Source: Armatimonadetes bacterium UBA5352 (GTDB taxonomy: Bacteria > Armatimonadota > Zipacnadia > Zipacnadales > UBA5352). From it: DNA of 64,000 bases. Below are positions 8,646-17,591 of the stretch, in pieces. The DNA is taken from assembly GCA_002411015.1 (NCBI GenBank), contig DHPY01000042.1:11103-75102 (forward strand), read 5' to 3'. The notes beneath the pieces are model-generated. The model saw only the letters and a program-made list of their open reading frames with translations, made no database searches and had not been told where the DNA came from. Positions within the stretch are counted from its first letter, which is position 1. Each line of letters opens with the position of its first letter. The position numbers and the translations under genes were made by a program.

Positions 8646-11009
8646 ATGCGCCATCTCACGACGCTCCTGCTGATGACCGTGCCGGTCGCCACCTGGGCGG
8701 GAGGCGCCGCAGACCGCTCCTGGCCGCGAGTGACGATCCTGCCGATGGCCGCACCGTCGCTTGACGGCGTGCTCTCGCCGGGTGAGTGGGACGGCGCAGT
8801 GACCCTCAGCGGCTTCACGCGCCTGCCCGGCACCGACCTCGTCGGCAACCAGCCGCTGGTGAAGGTCGCATGGTCGGCGGAGGGCCTGATGGTGGGCGCC
8901 GAGGTGCCGCTGCCGCCGGGCGAGCTTGCGCGGGCGCGCGCGACGGACTTCGATGGCACCGTCTGGGAGGACGACTGCATCGAAGTGCACCTCGACCGCG
9001 GCCACGCTCACGAGAAGAACTACCAGTTCGTCGTGAACGCGCTGGGGACGCGCTTCGATGCCTTCGGCGGCGACCGTGAGTTCAGCGCCGAGTGGCAGGC
9101 CGCGGCGGTCAATCAGCCCGGCCACTGGTCGTGTGAGCTGCTCATCCCGTGGGATGCGGTGGGCCGAGCGCCGGCGGCAGGCGACCTCGATGGCTTCAAC
9201 ATCGTGGTCAACTCCTCCTACCTCGGCGGCACCCTCACCCTCAGCCCCATTTCGCGCTCGGCGCACGAGACCGCGCGATATCTGCATCTCGTCTACGGCA
9301 GCGACCTGGCCGTGACGCTGGAGGGCCTGGATGCGGACGCGCCACAGGATGTGCGCGTGAGCGCGCTGGGCACGGGGCAGGCGACCGTCAGCTACGTGCT
9401 CTCGCGCGACGAAGCAGCGGGCGCGGTGGAGGTCGAGCGCCGCACGCTCACGCTGAGTGCTCCCGCGGATGAGCCGCTGCCGGTGCAGGTTCCGGAGGAG
9501 CAGGGGATGCCGCGACCGGGCCGCTACGTCGCGCAGTACACCGCGGAGGGCCCGGGCGGACTGCTGCTGGTGCGCTCGGCCGCGTTCAACGTGGCCTCAC
9601 CGCTGAGCGTGACAGCGCGGACCTCGCTCAGTGAACAGCGCCTGCACGTGGAGCTGCAGCCGTCCGGCCTGCTCTTCCCGCCCGGCGAAACGACGCTTCA
9701 CCTAACCGCGAGCGTCGAGGACACGAGGGTATATGACGAGGACGTGGCGGCGGCGCAGTCGGGTCCAACGACGGTGACGCTGACTGATCTCCCGGCGGGC
9801 GAGTTGACCCTTATGGCAACCGCGACCAACCGCGTGACCGGAAAGCAGTATGAGAGCCAGCAGAGCTTCGACAGCCCGCTGCGCCCGGTGTGGCTCGGCA
9901 CCAGTGAGGGCCTCACCGACGAGGTCCCGGCGCCGTGGACGGCGCTGACGGTGGAGGGCGCGCGAGGGTCGCGGCCTGTAGTGCGGTGCTGGGGGCGGCG
10001 CTACGGCTTCGCCCAGGGGCTGCTGCCCTCGGCGGTGAGTACCAGGGATGCGGAGGTACTGCAGGCGCCGATCACGCTCACCGGAAGCGCCGACGGGCGC
10101 CCGCTGGAGTGGACCGGGCAGCGCGCGCGGGTCGAGAGCGCGCGCGCGGACATCGTCAGCCTCGCGGGCAACGCGGCCGGCGAGCCCCTTGCCATCAGCG
10201 GCACCACCTGCGTCGAGTATGACGGGATGATCCGCTGCGATCTGACGCTCACGCCGACGCGCCCTGGCGTGACAGTGCAGGAACTGACGCTGGGGATCCC
10301 GCTGAAGCCCGAGCTCGCGCGCTACCTCTACCACTTCCCCGGCCGCTGGGGCAGCGTCGCCAACAGCGCGTACCTGCCGGAGGAGGGCTGGAGCAGCAGC
10401 TTCCGCCCGTTCGTCTGGCTCGGCGATGAGGACCGGGGGTTCTCGTGGTTCTGCGAGAGCGACCGCAACTGGTTCCCGCTCGACAGCCAGAGCGCGATCA
10501 CCATCCAGCGCGGGGAGCAGGCGACGGTGCTCCGATGCCACTTGATCGCCGGGGAGACGCAGGTCACGGAGCCCCTGACCTACACCTTTGGCTTTCAGGC
10601 CACTCCGGTCAAGCAGCCGGAGAAGACGGTCTGGGACTATCGCATCACCCATCAGGGGAACTATGGCCTTGAGAAGCAGCAGGCGACCGCCGGCGGCCGG
10701 ATCGTCTACCCGGCCGCCGGGCACGTCCGCCGCGAGGAGGGCGCCTTCGAGTGCTGGTATCGCCCCGCGGTGGACAGCGAGCGCGAGAAGCCGTTCGCCG
10801 AGCGCACCTGGCAGGGCAACCGCAGCATCTTCACGGTCGAGCTGAGCCCGGGCGCCGGCGGCTCGAACTACGGCCTCTACTGGAATGGCTCGGTGCAGGG
10901 GCTGGTGGCGTGGGCGCGCACCGACGGCGTCGTCACCGATAACCCCGGCTACGCCTTCGACTGGAAGGGCGGCGAGTGGCATCACGTCGCGTTCACGTGG
11001 GACAGCTAG
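8646..11009 (+). CDS. secreted CBM9-like carbohydrate-binding protein ending inside a LamG/ConA-like domain; 5' segment of a gene interrupted by an in-frame TAG at 11007..11009
   Basis: GGAGGGA 6 nt before the ATG. Signal peptide MRHLTTLLLMTVPVATWAGGAA. CBM9-like block (WDGAVTLSGF..WEDDCIEVHLD..NYQFVVNALG). Ends ..WHHVAFTWDS* in the middle of a LamG fold. The same frame continues open after the stop. Confidence 0.7.
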   Translation: MRHLTTLLLMTVPVATWAGGAADRSWPRVTILPMAAPSLDGVLSPGEWDGAVTLSGFTRLPGTDLVGNQPLVKVAWSAEGLMVGAEVPLPPGELARARATDFDGTVWEDDCIEVHLDRGHAHEKNYQFVVNALGTRFDAFGGDREFSAEWQAAAVNQPGHWSCELLIPWDAVGRAPAAGDLDGFNIVVNSSYLGGTLTLSPISRSAHETARYLHLVYGSDLAVTLEGLDADAPQDVRVSALGTGQATVSYVLSRDEAAGAVEVERRTLTLSAPADEPLPVQVPEEQGMPRPGRYVAQYTAEGPGGLLLVRSAAFNVASPLSVTARTSLSEQRLHVELQPSGLLFPPGETTLHLTASVEDTRVYDEDVAAAQSGPTTVTLTDLPAGELTLMATATNRVTGKQYESQQSFDSPLRPVWLGTSEGLTDEVPAPWTALTVEGARGSRPVVRCWGRRYGFAQGLLPSAVSTRDAEVLQAPITLTGSADGRPLEWTGQRARVESARADIVSLAGNAAGEPLAISGTTCVEYDGMIRCDLTLTPTRPGVTVQELTLGIPLKPELARYLYHFPGRWGSVANSAYLPEEGWSSSFRPFVWLGDEDRGFSWFCESDRNWFPLDSQSAITIQRGEQATVLRCHLIAGETQVTEPLTYTFGFQATPVKQPEKTVWDYRITHQGNYGLEKQQATAGGRIVYPAAGHVRREEGAFECWYRPAVDSEREKPFAERTWQGNRSIFTVELSPGAGGSNYGLYWNGSVQGLVAWARTDGVVTDNPGYAFDWKGGEWHHVAFTWDS

Positions 11010-11036
11010 CACCTGAGGATCTACCTCGACGGGCGG

Positions 11037-12491
11037 ATGGTCTCGGAGACGCCGAACAACGGCTTCCTCGCAGGGCCGCTGGAGGACGCGAGCATCTACA
11101 TCGGCGATACCGGCGCGCTGGCGACGATAGACGAGGTGCGCATCGCAAGCGTAGCGCGTGAGCCGCAGGTGCTTGATCAGCCGTACGAGGCGGACGAGCA
11201 GACACTGCTGCTCGATCACTTCGACAGCTACGCAGACCGAACCGCCACGAATCCCGGTGTGCCTGAGGCGGGCATCGCCTTCGGGCCCGGACGGTGGGGA
11301 CTGGCGCCGACGTGGGAGCCGCAGGGCGGTAAGCTGCGGCTCGCTGAGCTGGCCGAGCTAGGTGTGCGCACCATCTGCTTCCATGAACACTGGGTTCCAT
11401 ACCAGTCCTACCCGCATGTGACCGACAGTGACCGTCCGCGGCTGCAGAGCCTGGTGGATGGCATCCATGAGCACGGGATGGACCTGCTGCTCTACATGTC
11501 GCGGCAGTTCGCCGACAATGCGCCGGAGTGGGAGCTGTATAACGAGGACTTCCTGATCGCGCCGCGCCCCGGCGCCTACACCCGCCAGCCCACGCAGCGT
11601 GCCTACATCGGCTGCTGGAAGGGCCCGTTCAAGGACTTCGCGCTGCACTACCTCGGCCAGACGATCGACGAGTTCGGCCATGATGGCTGGTACCTCGACG
11701 GGCCGGAGTGGCCGCAGCAATGCACGAACCGCGAGCATGGTTGTGGCTACGTGGCGCCGGACGGGAGCATCCGACCGACCTGGGACCTCTTCGCCACGCG
11801 CGAGTTCATGCAGCGGCTCTACGTGCTGACGCGCCAGCGGAAGCCGGAGGGGCAGCTCAACATCCACAACTCCACCGTCATGGTGATCCCGACGCTCGGC
11901 TGGGGCACCAGCACCTGGGGTGGGGAGCAGATCGATGCCATCAAGCCGCCGGTCGAGACGCTCGATATCCTGCCGATGGACTCGTTCCGCACGGAGTTCA
12001 TGGGCCGCCAATGGGGCGTACCGGCGGAGTTCCTGGTCTATGACGGCCGGCCATACTACGCGCGCGATGTCCTCGCGTACACGCTCCTGCACGGCGTCGT
12101 CATCCGCCCGGGAAGTCCGGAGTCGATGGAGCGCGTCTCGGCGCTGTGGGGCGTGCATGATGAGTTCCCGTTCAGCCACGGTGAGATGAGTGGCTACTGG
12201 ATGAACGGGGACCTCGTGCGGATCGCAGGCTCACCCTCAGGGAGCCTGGAGTCCGGCCCGCCCGCGGTCTACGCCAGCGTCTGGCAGTTGCCGCGCCAGG
12301 GCTCGCTGATCGTGGTGAGCAACCTCACCGATCGCGACGCCGATGCGCGCCTGACGCTGAACCTCGAGGAGCTTGGCACCGGCACCGGCCGCGTCTGGGA
12401 TGTGCTGAGCGGGGAGACGCTGACGGTCGAGCGCGGGAGGCTGCGGCTGCCGGTTGAGAGCTGGCGCTACCGCGTCCTGCGGGTGCAGTAG
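11037..12491 (+). CDS. glycoside-hydrolase-like TIM-barrel domain protein; 3' segment, in the same frame as 8646..11009 and separated from it only by TAG
   Basis: Frame continuity: 8646 and 11037 are congruent mod 3. The residues right after the TAG read HLRIYLDGRMVSE..IYIGD..IDEVRI, which completes the LamG consensus. The rest resembles a hydrolase-like barrel (EFGHDGWYLDGPEW, NIHNSTVMV). Confidence 0.65.
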   Translation: MVSETPNNGFLAGPLEDASIYIGDTGALATIDEVRIASVAREPQVLDQPYEADEQTLLLDHFDSYADRTATNPGVPEAGIAFGPGRWGLAPTWEPQGGKLRLAELAELGVRTICFHEHWVPYQSYPHVTDSDRPRLQSLVDGIHEHGMDLLLYMSRQFADNAPEWELYNEDFLIAPRPGAYTRQPTQRAYIGCWKGPFKDFALHYLGQTIDEFGHDGWYLDGPEWPQQCTNREHGCGYVAPDGSIRPTWDLFATREFMQRLYVLTRQRKPEGQLNIHNSTVMVIPTLGWGTSTWGGEQIDAIKPPVETLDILPMDSFRTEFMGRQWGVPAEFLVYDGRPYYARDVLAYTLLHGVVIRPGSPESMERVSALWGVHDEFPFSHGEMSGYWMNGDLVRIAGSPSGSLESGPPAVYASVWQLPRQGSLIVVSNLTDRDADARLTLNLEELGTGTGRVWDVLSGETLTVERGRLRLPVESWRYRVLRVQ

Positions 12492-12523
12492 TGATGGGCG
12501 GCGTAATGCCACGGAGGTGGGCG

Positions 12524-14878
12524 ATGAAAGCACTGATCGCCGCCGCGGTCGCGTTCGCGGCCGCAGGCGTGGCGTCTGCTGACTATCCGACTCCGGATGA
12601 GGCGGGCTTCCATCACTGTGCGCTCATCTACGAGCGTGACACGCGCGGGCCGCAGGACCTGGCGTGGTATGTCGCCGACGACCGGGGCTGGCTCTTCGAC
12701 GCGTTCCTCTTCCTCCACCAGCGTGCGCAGAGCGGCGCCGCGACGATGAACGGGATGACGAACCGGGCCGACTGGGAGGCGCAGCTTGACACCTGGTTCG
12801 CGCCCGGCCGCGATCTGCATGCGCTGAACGAGGCGATCGCGGCCGCGAAGCCCGCGCATGGAGCCGTGCCGCCGCGGCAAGTGATCCTCACGATCCCCTA
12901 CCCGCACCCGCAAGTCACCGAGTTCGGTGACGTGGACGGCGACGGTGTCTCCGAGAGCCTGGCGACCGAAGAGGGACGGCAGCGTGTCGCGCGGTGGTAC
13001 GTGGCCGAGGCGATCCGGCGGTTCGAAGAGGCGGAGCTGCCGAACCTCGAGCTCTGGGGCCTCTACTGGATGAACGAAGGCGCTTCTGACGCCGACATCG
13101 CTGTCGCCCGGCAGTTCGCGGGCGCCGTCCACGGGGCGGGCAGGCGCGTGCTCTGGATCCCGTGGTTCATGGCATCGAACTGGCAGCGGTGGCGGGAGAT
13201 GGGCGTTGACGTGGCGATCATGCAGCCCAACTACGCGTTCCTCACGACGCACGGGGGGAGCATCCGGCGCAACCGCCTCGTCGTGAACGCCCGCGCCGCA
13301 GAGCGCGAGGGCCTCGGCGTGGAGATTGAGCTGCCGATGGGCTGGCGGTTGCCGGGCGGGCCGCTGCTCTTCCGGCACTACCTGCGCGATGGCGCGGCCG
13401 ACAGACTGGGCTATCAGCAGGCCGCAACCGCCTACTACCTCGGGCGCGACGCCGTCGAGACGCTGGCTACCTCCGCCGACGCCGCCGAGCGCGCGATCTA
13501 TGACGACCTGTGCCTCTACGTGCAGGGCGGCGTGGTGGCGGAGCCGGACCCGGCGATCACCTGGACGAGCGGAGGTTCGCCGGCGCGCTGGCTGAGCGAT
13601 CATCTGCAGGACGAGGCGCATCCGCTGCGCGAGGCGGAGGCTCGCGTGCCCGCAAAGCCATGGGGGACGCTCGATGTGATGCTCCACGAGCCCGGAGAGC
13701 CCTGGGTGGGGCTGGTGAGAGTAGAGGGGCAGGCCGGACCGGAGGCGCCGTGGCGGCCGGTCGGCTGGGCGCTACGGGCGCGTGGTGATGAGCGAGATCG
13801 GCCGTGGCAGGCGGTGACGGTGCCGCTGGAGGGCGTCTGGAGGCGCCTGCGCGTGCGCTTCGAGGGTGACGGCAGGCCGCCGAAGGTCTCCGAGCTTGCG
13901 CTGCAGCCGTGGCTCTTCGATGGCGTCTCCCACCTCGCCTGCGACGCGCCGTATCGCTTCAGCCACCCCGGCGAGGCTCAGTACGGGGACAGCGGCGGCG
14001 AGCTGACCGACGGACTCATCCCGGAGACGGGCTACGCATCCGGCGGGACGGTCGGCTGGACCGGGCCGCCAGCGTGCATCACCTTCGATCTCGAGCAGCC
14101 GATGACCATCAGCCATGCCGAGGTGCATCTGCAGGGCGGCTCGGTGGCGGGCATTAACTGGCCGAAGTCAGCCATCATGTTCGTCTCAAACGATGCGCCG
14201 GCACGGAGAGCCTCCGGGCGCGGTGCCGCGCCCGGGAACCTCACATGGCTCGGCGGCGGACCGGTGGTGGTGGACCTGCGGCGCTCCGAGCGCGACCACC
14301 TCGGGCACATCGCCTTCCGCGCGGGGCGGCCTGTCACCGGGCGCTTCGTGAGCTTTATCCTTGAGCCGGTCGGGCACCTGATGGTCTCGGAGATCCGGAT
14401 CTTCAGCGGCGGTGAGAATGTGGCTGCCGGGCGCGCATACGCGCTGGCGACCCCGCCGACGCCTGTGCGGGCGCCGGAGAGCTATCCGGATGACGGCCGC
14501 AAGCTCACGGACGGGCAGGTGACGGCATTCGCCCCGCGGATGGTGGTGGGCTGGCGCGATGATGAGGAGCGAACGGTGACGGTGGACCTGCAGAGCCTCT
14601 GCGCCCTCGATGAGGTGCTGGTGTGGACGATGACGGGCTCGCCGATGGGTATCGTGCCGCTGCCTTCGGCGCGCGTAACGGTCTCTGAGGATGGGGTGAG
14701 TTGGCGGGAGCTTGGCGAGGCGCCGGTGGAGGATGCGCCTGCGAACCCGTCGACGCCCTGCGCGTGCCGGGTGGGCGCTGAGGGCGCGCAGGCACGGTAT
14801 GTGCGGGTGACGGTGCGCCGGGAGGCGGGATGGGCGATGCTCTCGGAGATCGAGGTGCGTGGGGAGCGCGTTGAGTAA
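12524..14878 (+). CDS. secreted protein with an N-terminal DUF4855-like hydrolase-like domain (tentative) and C-terminal F5/8 type C (discoidin) domains
   Basis: GGAGGT 6 nt before the ATG at 12524. Signal peptide MKALIAAAVAFAAAGVASA. C-terminal discoidin-like repeats (..RYVRVTVRREAGWAMLSEIEVRG). Confidence 0.7.
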   Translation: MKALIAAAVAFAAAGVASADYPTPDEAGFHHCALIYERDTRGPQDLAWYVADDRGWLFDAFLFLHQRAQSGAATMNGMTNRADWEAQLDTWFAPGRDLHALNEAIAAAKPAHGAVPPRQVILTIPYPHPQVTEFGDVDGDGVSESLATEEGRQRVARWYVAEAIRRFEEAELPNLELWGLYWMNEGASDADIAVARQFAGAVHGAGRRVLWIPWFMASNWQRWREMGVDVAIMQPNYAFLTTHGGSIRRNRLVVNARAAEREGLGVEIELPMGWRLPGGPLLFRHYLRDGAADRLGYQQAATAYYLGRDAVETLATSADAAERAIYDDLCLYVQGGVVAEPDPAITWTSGGSPARWLSDHLQDEAHPLREAEARVPAKPWGTLDVMLHEPGEPWVGLVRVEGQAGPEAPWRPVGWALRARGDERDRPWQAVTVPLEGVWRRLRVRFEGDGRPPKVSELALQPWLFDGVSHLACDAPYRFSHPGEAQYGDSGGELTDGLIPETGYASGGTVGWTGPPACITFDLEQPMTISHAEVHLQGGSVAGINWPKSAIMFVSNDAPARRASGRGAAPGNLTWLGGGPVVVDLRRSERDHLGHIAFRAGRPVTGRFVSFILEPVGHLMVSEIRIFSGGENVAAGRAYALATPPTPVRAPESYPDDGRKLTDGQVTAFAPRMVVGWRDDEERTVTVDLQSLCALDEVLVWTMTGSPMGIVPLPSARVTVSEDGVSWRELGEAPVEDAPANPSTPCACRVGAEGAQARYVRVTVRREAGWAMLSEIEVRGERVE

Positions 14879-15068
14879 CCACCGGAGAGACACGGAAGAG
14901 CGAGTACCAGGTGGCGGTCGGTCTGTGGCACGGGCGTCTCGCCCGCGCGGCCGTCCGCCGTTGCCGTTCCGTTCGTAGCGACGGGCTTCCAGCCCGTCAA
15001 CCGTTCGGAGGCCTGCGATTGAGGGAGAGGCGCGGCAACGGCTGCGAGCTGGAAGGCTGCCCCACGAG

Positions 15069-16316
15069 GTGGGCAGGAGACGGAGAGTGACAGCTACGGA
15101 TTGCCGCACTGAAGAGCCCGAAGAGATCGCAGACGCAACGCCCACCCCTGTTGCCTACCGGCGCCTGATGGTCGCGTCGGTCGTGTGCATGCTGATGTTC
15201 GGCGCGGTGCAGGTGCTGCCCGCGGTGGCGCTGGATGTGCTGGGCGAGGACCTCGGGCTCAACTTCGAGCAACGCGGCCTGCTCTTCAGCATACGCATCG
15301 CGGCGGCGCTCCCGGCCCTGCTGCTGATCGGGCACTTCGCCGAGCGGCCGTTCAAGCGCCACGTGCTCTCGTGGGGCCTGATGGCGATCGCGCTCGCGCA
15401 GATGCTGATCGCGCTGGCCTCAAGCTACGCGGGGCTGTTGTGCGGGGTAGTGGTCTCCGGGATCGGCCTCGGCGTGGTCGAGGCGATCGTCAACCCGCTC
15501 CTCGTGCAGTTGCACCCAAGCCGGTCGGCGTGGGCGCTGAACATCATCAACGCCATCTTCGCCCTCGGGCTGGTTGTGGGCGCGCTGAGCACCGGGGAGC
15601 TGCTGCAGGCGGGCTTCGGCTGGCGGCTGACGTTCTGGCTGTGGATGGTCCCGACGCTGCTCGCGGCGGTGCTCTACCTGACGCCGCACTACCCGGCGCC
15701 CTCACCGACCTCGGACAGCCGCCACGTGCGGCCTGATGTCGGGGGCTTCGCGGCCAACCCGCTCTTTTGGATGCTCGCGGCGGCGATGGTCTTCGGGGGA
15801 GGCTGCGAGTCCGGGCTGACCTCGTGGGCGCCGAACTTCGTGGTCGAGGAGCTTGGCGCGTCGGCCCGTGGCGGCGCGTGGGCCACGATCCTCTACGGCA
15901 GCTTCATGGCGATCGGGCGATTCGGCATCGGGTCGATCTCCGGCGCCGTCAGCCCGCTTCGGATCATGCTCCTCTCCGCGATCTTCTGCGGCGCCGCGAC
16001 GCTCGGGCTGGCCTTCGCGCCGCACCTCTGGGCGGCATGGCTGCTGTTCGGGCTGGGAGGCCTCTTCGTCTCCTGCTTCTGGCCGACGCTGCTCGCCGTG
16101 GGCTCCGATCAGATCTGTGTCGGCTCGATGTCGCTGCTCTCGCTGCTGGCGACCGCCGGCATCATCGGCTCGGTGGTCGTGCCGTGGGTGATCGGCGCGC
16201 TCGGAGACGCAGTCGGCCTCCGCGCGGGCATCCTGGTGCTGCCCGCGTCGATGGTGCTGCTGATTGTGATGCTCGTCATGATCGGCCGGCGTGTGCACGC
16301 CCGCTCCGTCACCTGA
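15069..16316 (+). CDS. MFS transporter
   Basis: 12-TM pattern with MFS-like loop motifs (GHFAERPFKRHVLSWG). The track start is GTG at 15069. An alternative GTG at 15087 is preceded by GGAGACGGAGA. Confidence 0.8.
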   Translation: MGRRRRVTATDCRTEEPEEIADATPTPVAYRRLMVASVVCMLMFGAVQVLPAVALDVLGEDLGLNFEQRGLLFSIRIAAALPALLLIGHFAERPFKRHVLSWGLMAIALAQMLIALASSYAGLLCGVVVSGIGLGVVEAIVNPLLVQLHPSRSAWALNIINAIFALGLVVGALSTGELLQAGFGWRLTFWLWMVPTLLAAVLYLTPHYPAPSPTSDSRHVRPDVGGFAANPLFWMLAAAMVFGGGCESGLTSWAPNFVVEELGASARGGAWATILYGSFMAIGRFGIGSISGAVSPLRIMLLSAIFCGAATLGLAFAPHLWAAWLLFGLGGLFVSCFWPTLLAVGSDQICVGSMSLLSLLATAGIIGSVVVPWVIGALGDAVGLRAGILVLPASMVLLIVMLVMIGRRVHARSVT

Positions 16317-17337
16317 CCGTCAGCGCCTCCAGCCGCACAGGCCGCCAGATCCCTCCCGCAGCCGCGCTATTGTATACGCGCACGGTGATCTGATTGGGCT
16401 CGCCCCAGCGGATCGCATCGGTCACATCAACGCGGAAGGGCTTGTTCCAGCCCGACGGCCCGATGGACTGGCCGCCAACGTAGGTGCCGTTGATCCACAC
16501 CCAGCAGTCCTCATCCACGCCCTCAAAGGCCAGCTCTGCCGCCACGTGCTCATGCTTCGGCGGCAGGTTGATCTGCCGGCGATACCAGGCGACCCCGTTG
16601 TACCCGGCCTCCCAGGCGATCTCGATCTCGATGTCGCGCCAGCCGCTGTCGTCGAACTGTGGCATGAACCACCCGTCGCGGTGCCCGCGCAGGCGCGTGT
16701 CGGTCTGGAACCGCCAGCCATCGCGCGGGAGCGGCATCTGGAGGGCCACCTCGATCCGGTCGAGGCGGTCGGCCATATCGGGGCGCTCGCGCAGCGGGAC
16801 GCGCTCCGGCGGCGTGACCTCGAAGGGTGTGGCCTCCGGGTCGAGCGCGAGGAGCCTGAGCACCGCCGGCCGGTGCACGCGCGGCGAGGGGTCCTTCTCC
16901 GCGACCTCGAGCAGCCGGATGATCTCGGGCGTGCTGGGCTCCATCGCCAGGAGGATCCGCACCGCGATCTCCCGCACGTACTCGTCCTCGCTCTCCATGG
17001 CGCGGAGCACGTAGGGCATGGCCTCGGGCGTTGCGTCGCCCGCGAGCGCGAGCAGCGCGGCGCGGCGAACGATCACGTCATTATTGTCGAGCGCGCCATC
17101 GAGCGCCTCACGCGCAGGCGCGCCGATCGCCGCCAGCCCGCGTACGGCTGCTCGCCGTACGAGCGGGCTGTCATCCTCAAGCGCCCGGCTGAGCAGCGGC
17201 ACCGAGGAGGCGCCGCGGGAGACTGCCTTGAGCACGCGGTTGCGGCGCTGAGCGACATCATCGGGCGCGGCCGTGATCGCTGTCGGGATGGCGGTCAGGA
17301 CCATGCACACGGTGAGGAAGCCGATGGTTGCTCGCAC
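16309..17337 (-). CDS. secreted HEAT-repeat protein with a C-terminal GH2-N-like galactose-binding domain
   Basis: GTG start with AAGGAG 8 nt upstream. Signal peptide. PBS-lyase/HEAT repeats (DSPLVRRAAVRGLAAIG, NDVIVRRAALLALAG). C-terminal WYRRQINLP..CWVWINGTYVG is typical of the glycoside hydrolase family 2 sugar-binding domain. Confidence 0.75.
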   Translation of the reverse strand: MRATIGFLTVCMVLTAIPTAITAAPDDVAQRRNRVLKAVSRGASSVPLLSRALEDDSPLVRRAAVRGLAAIGAPAREALDGALDNNDVIVRRAALLALAGDATPEAMPYVLRAMESEDEYVREIAVRILLAMEPSTPEIIRLLEVAEKDPSPRVHRPAVLRLLALDPEATPFEVTPPERVPLRERPDMADRLDRIEVALQMPLPRDGWRFQTDTRLRGHRDGWFMPQFDDSGWRDIEIEIAWEAGYNGVAWYRRQINLPPKHEHVAAELAFEGVDEDCWVWINGTYVGGQSIGPSGWNKPFRVDVTDAIRWGEPNQITVRVYNSAAAGGIWRPVRLEALTVR

Positions 17338-17591
17338 AGAGATCTCTCCTTCTCGACGCTGACATGCGGCCCTGCCCGGTCCCCTTCCTCGTGGGGGCGC
17401 GCCGGCCCTCCCCCGTCGTTGGCTGCATCACCTCCGACGTCTGCAGGGTCGACCACCGCGGGTATTCCAGCGCGGGCAGCGGGCCTCCTGCATGCCACAC
17501 GGCTCGGCCGCTGACGAAGGCCACCGCTTACGCCGGAGGGAACTACCGCAGCGGCGAAGCAGTGTGGCCCGAGCATGAGGAGTGAGTCCGA

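Noticed and set aside
11007-11009. Considered pyrrolysine or other programmed recoding of the in-frame TAG.
   Set aside because: No pyl genes or recoding signals (PYLIS-like hairpin) visible. The window has many other TAG stops at normal gene ends. Pseudogene or base-call error is far more likely.
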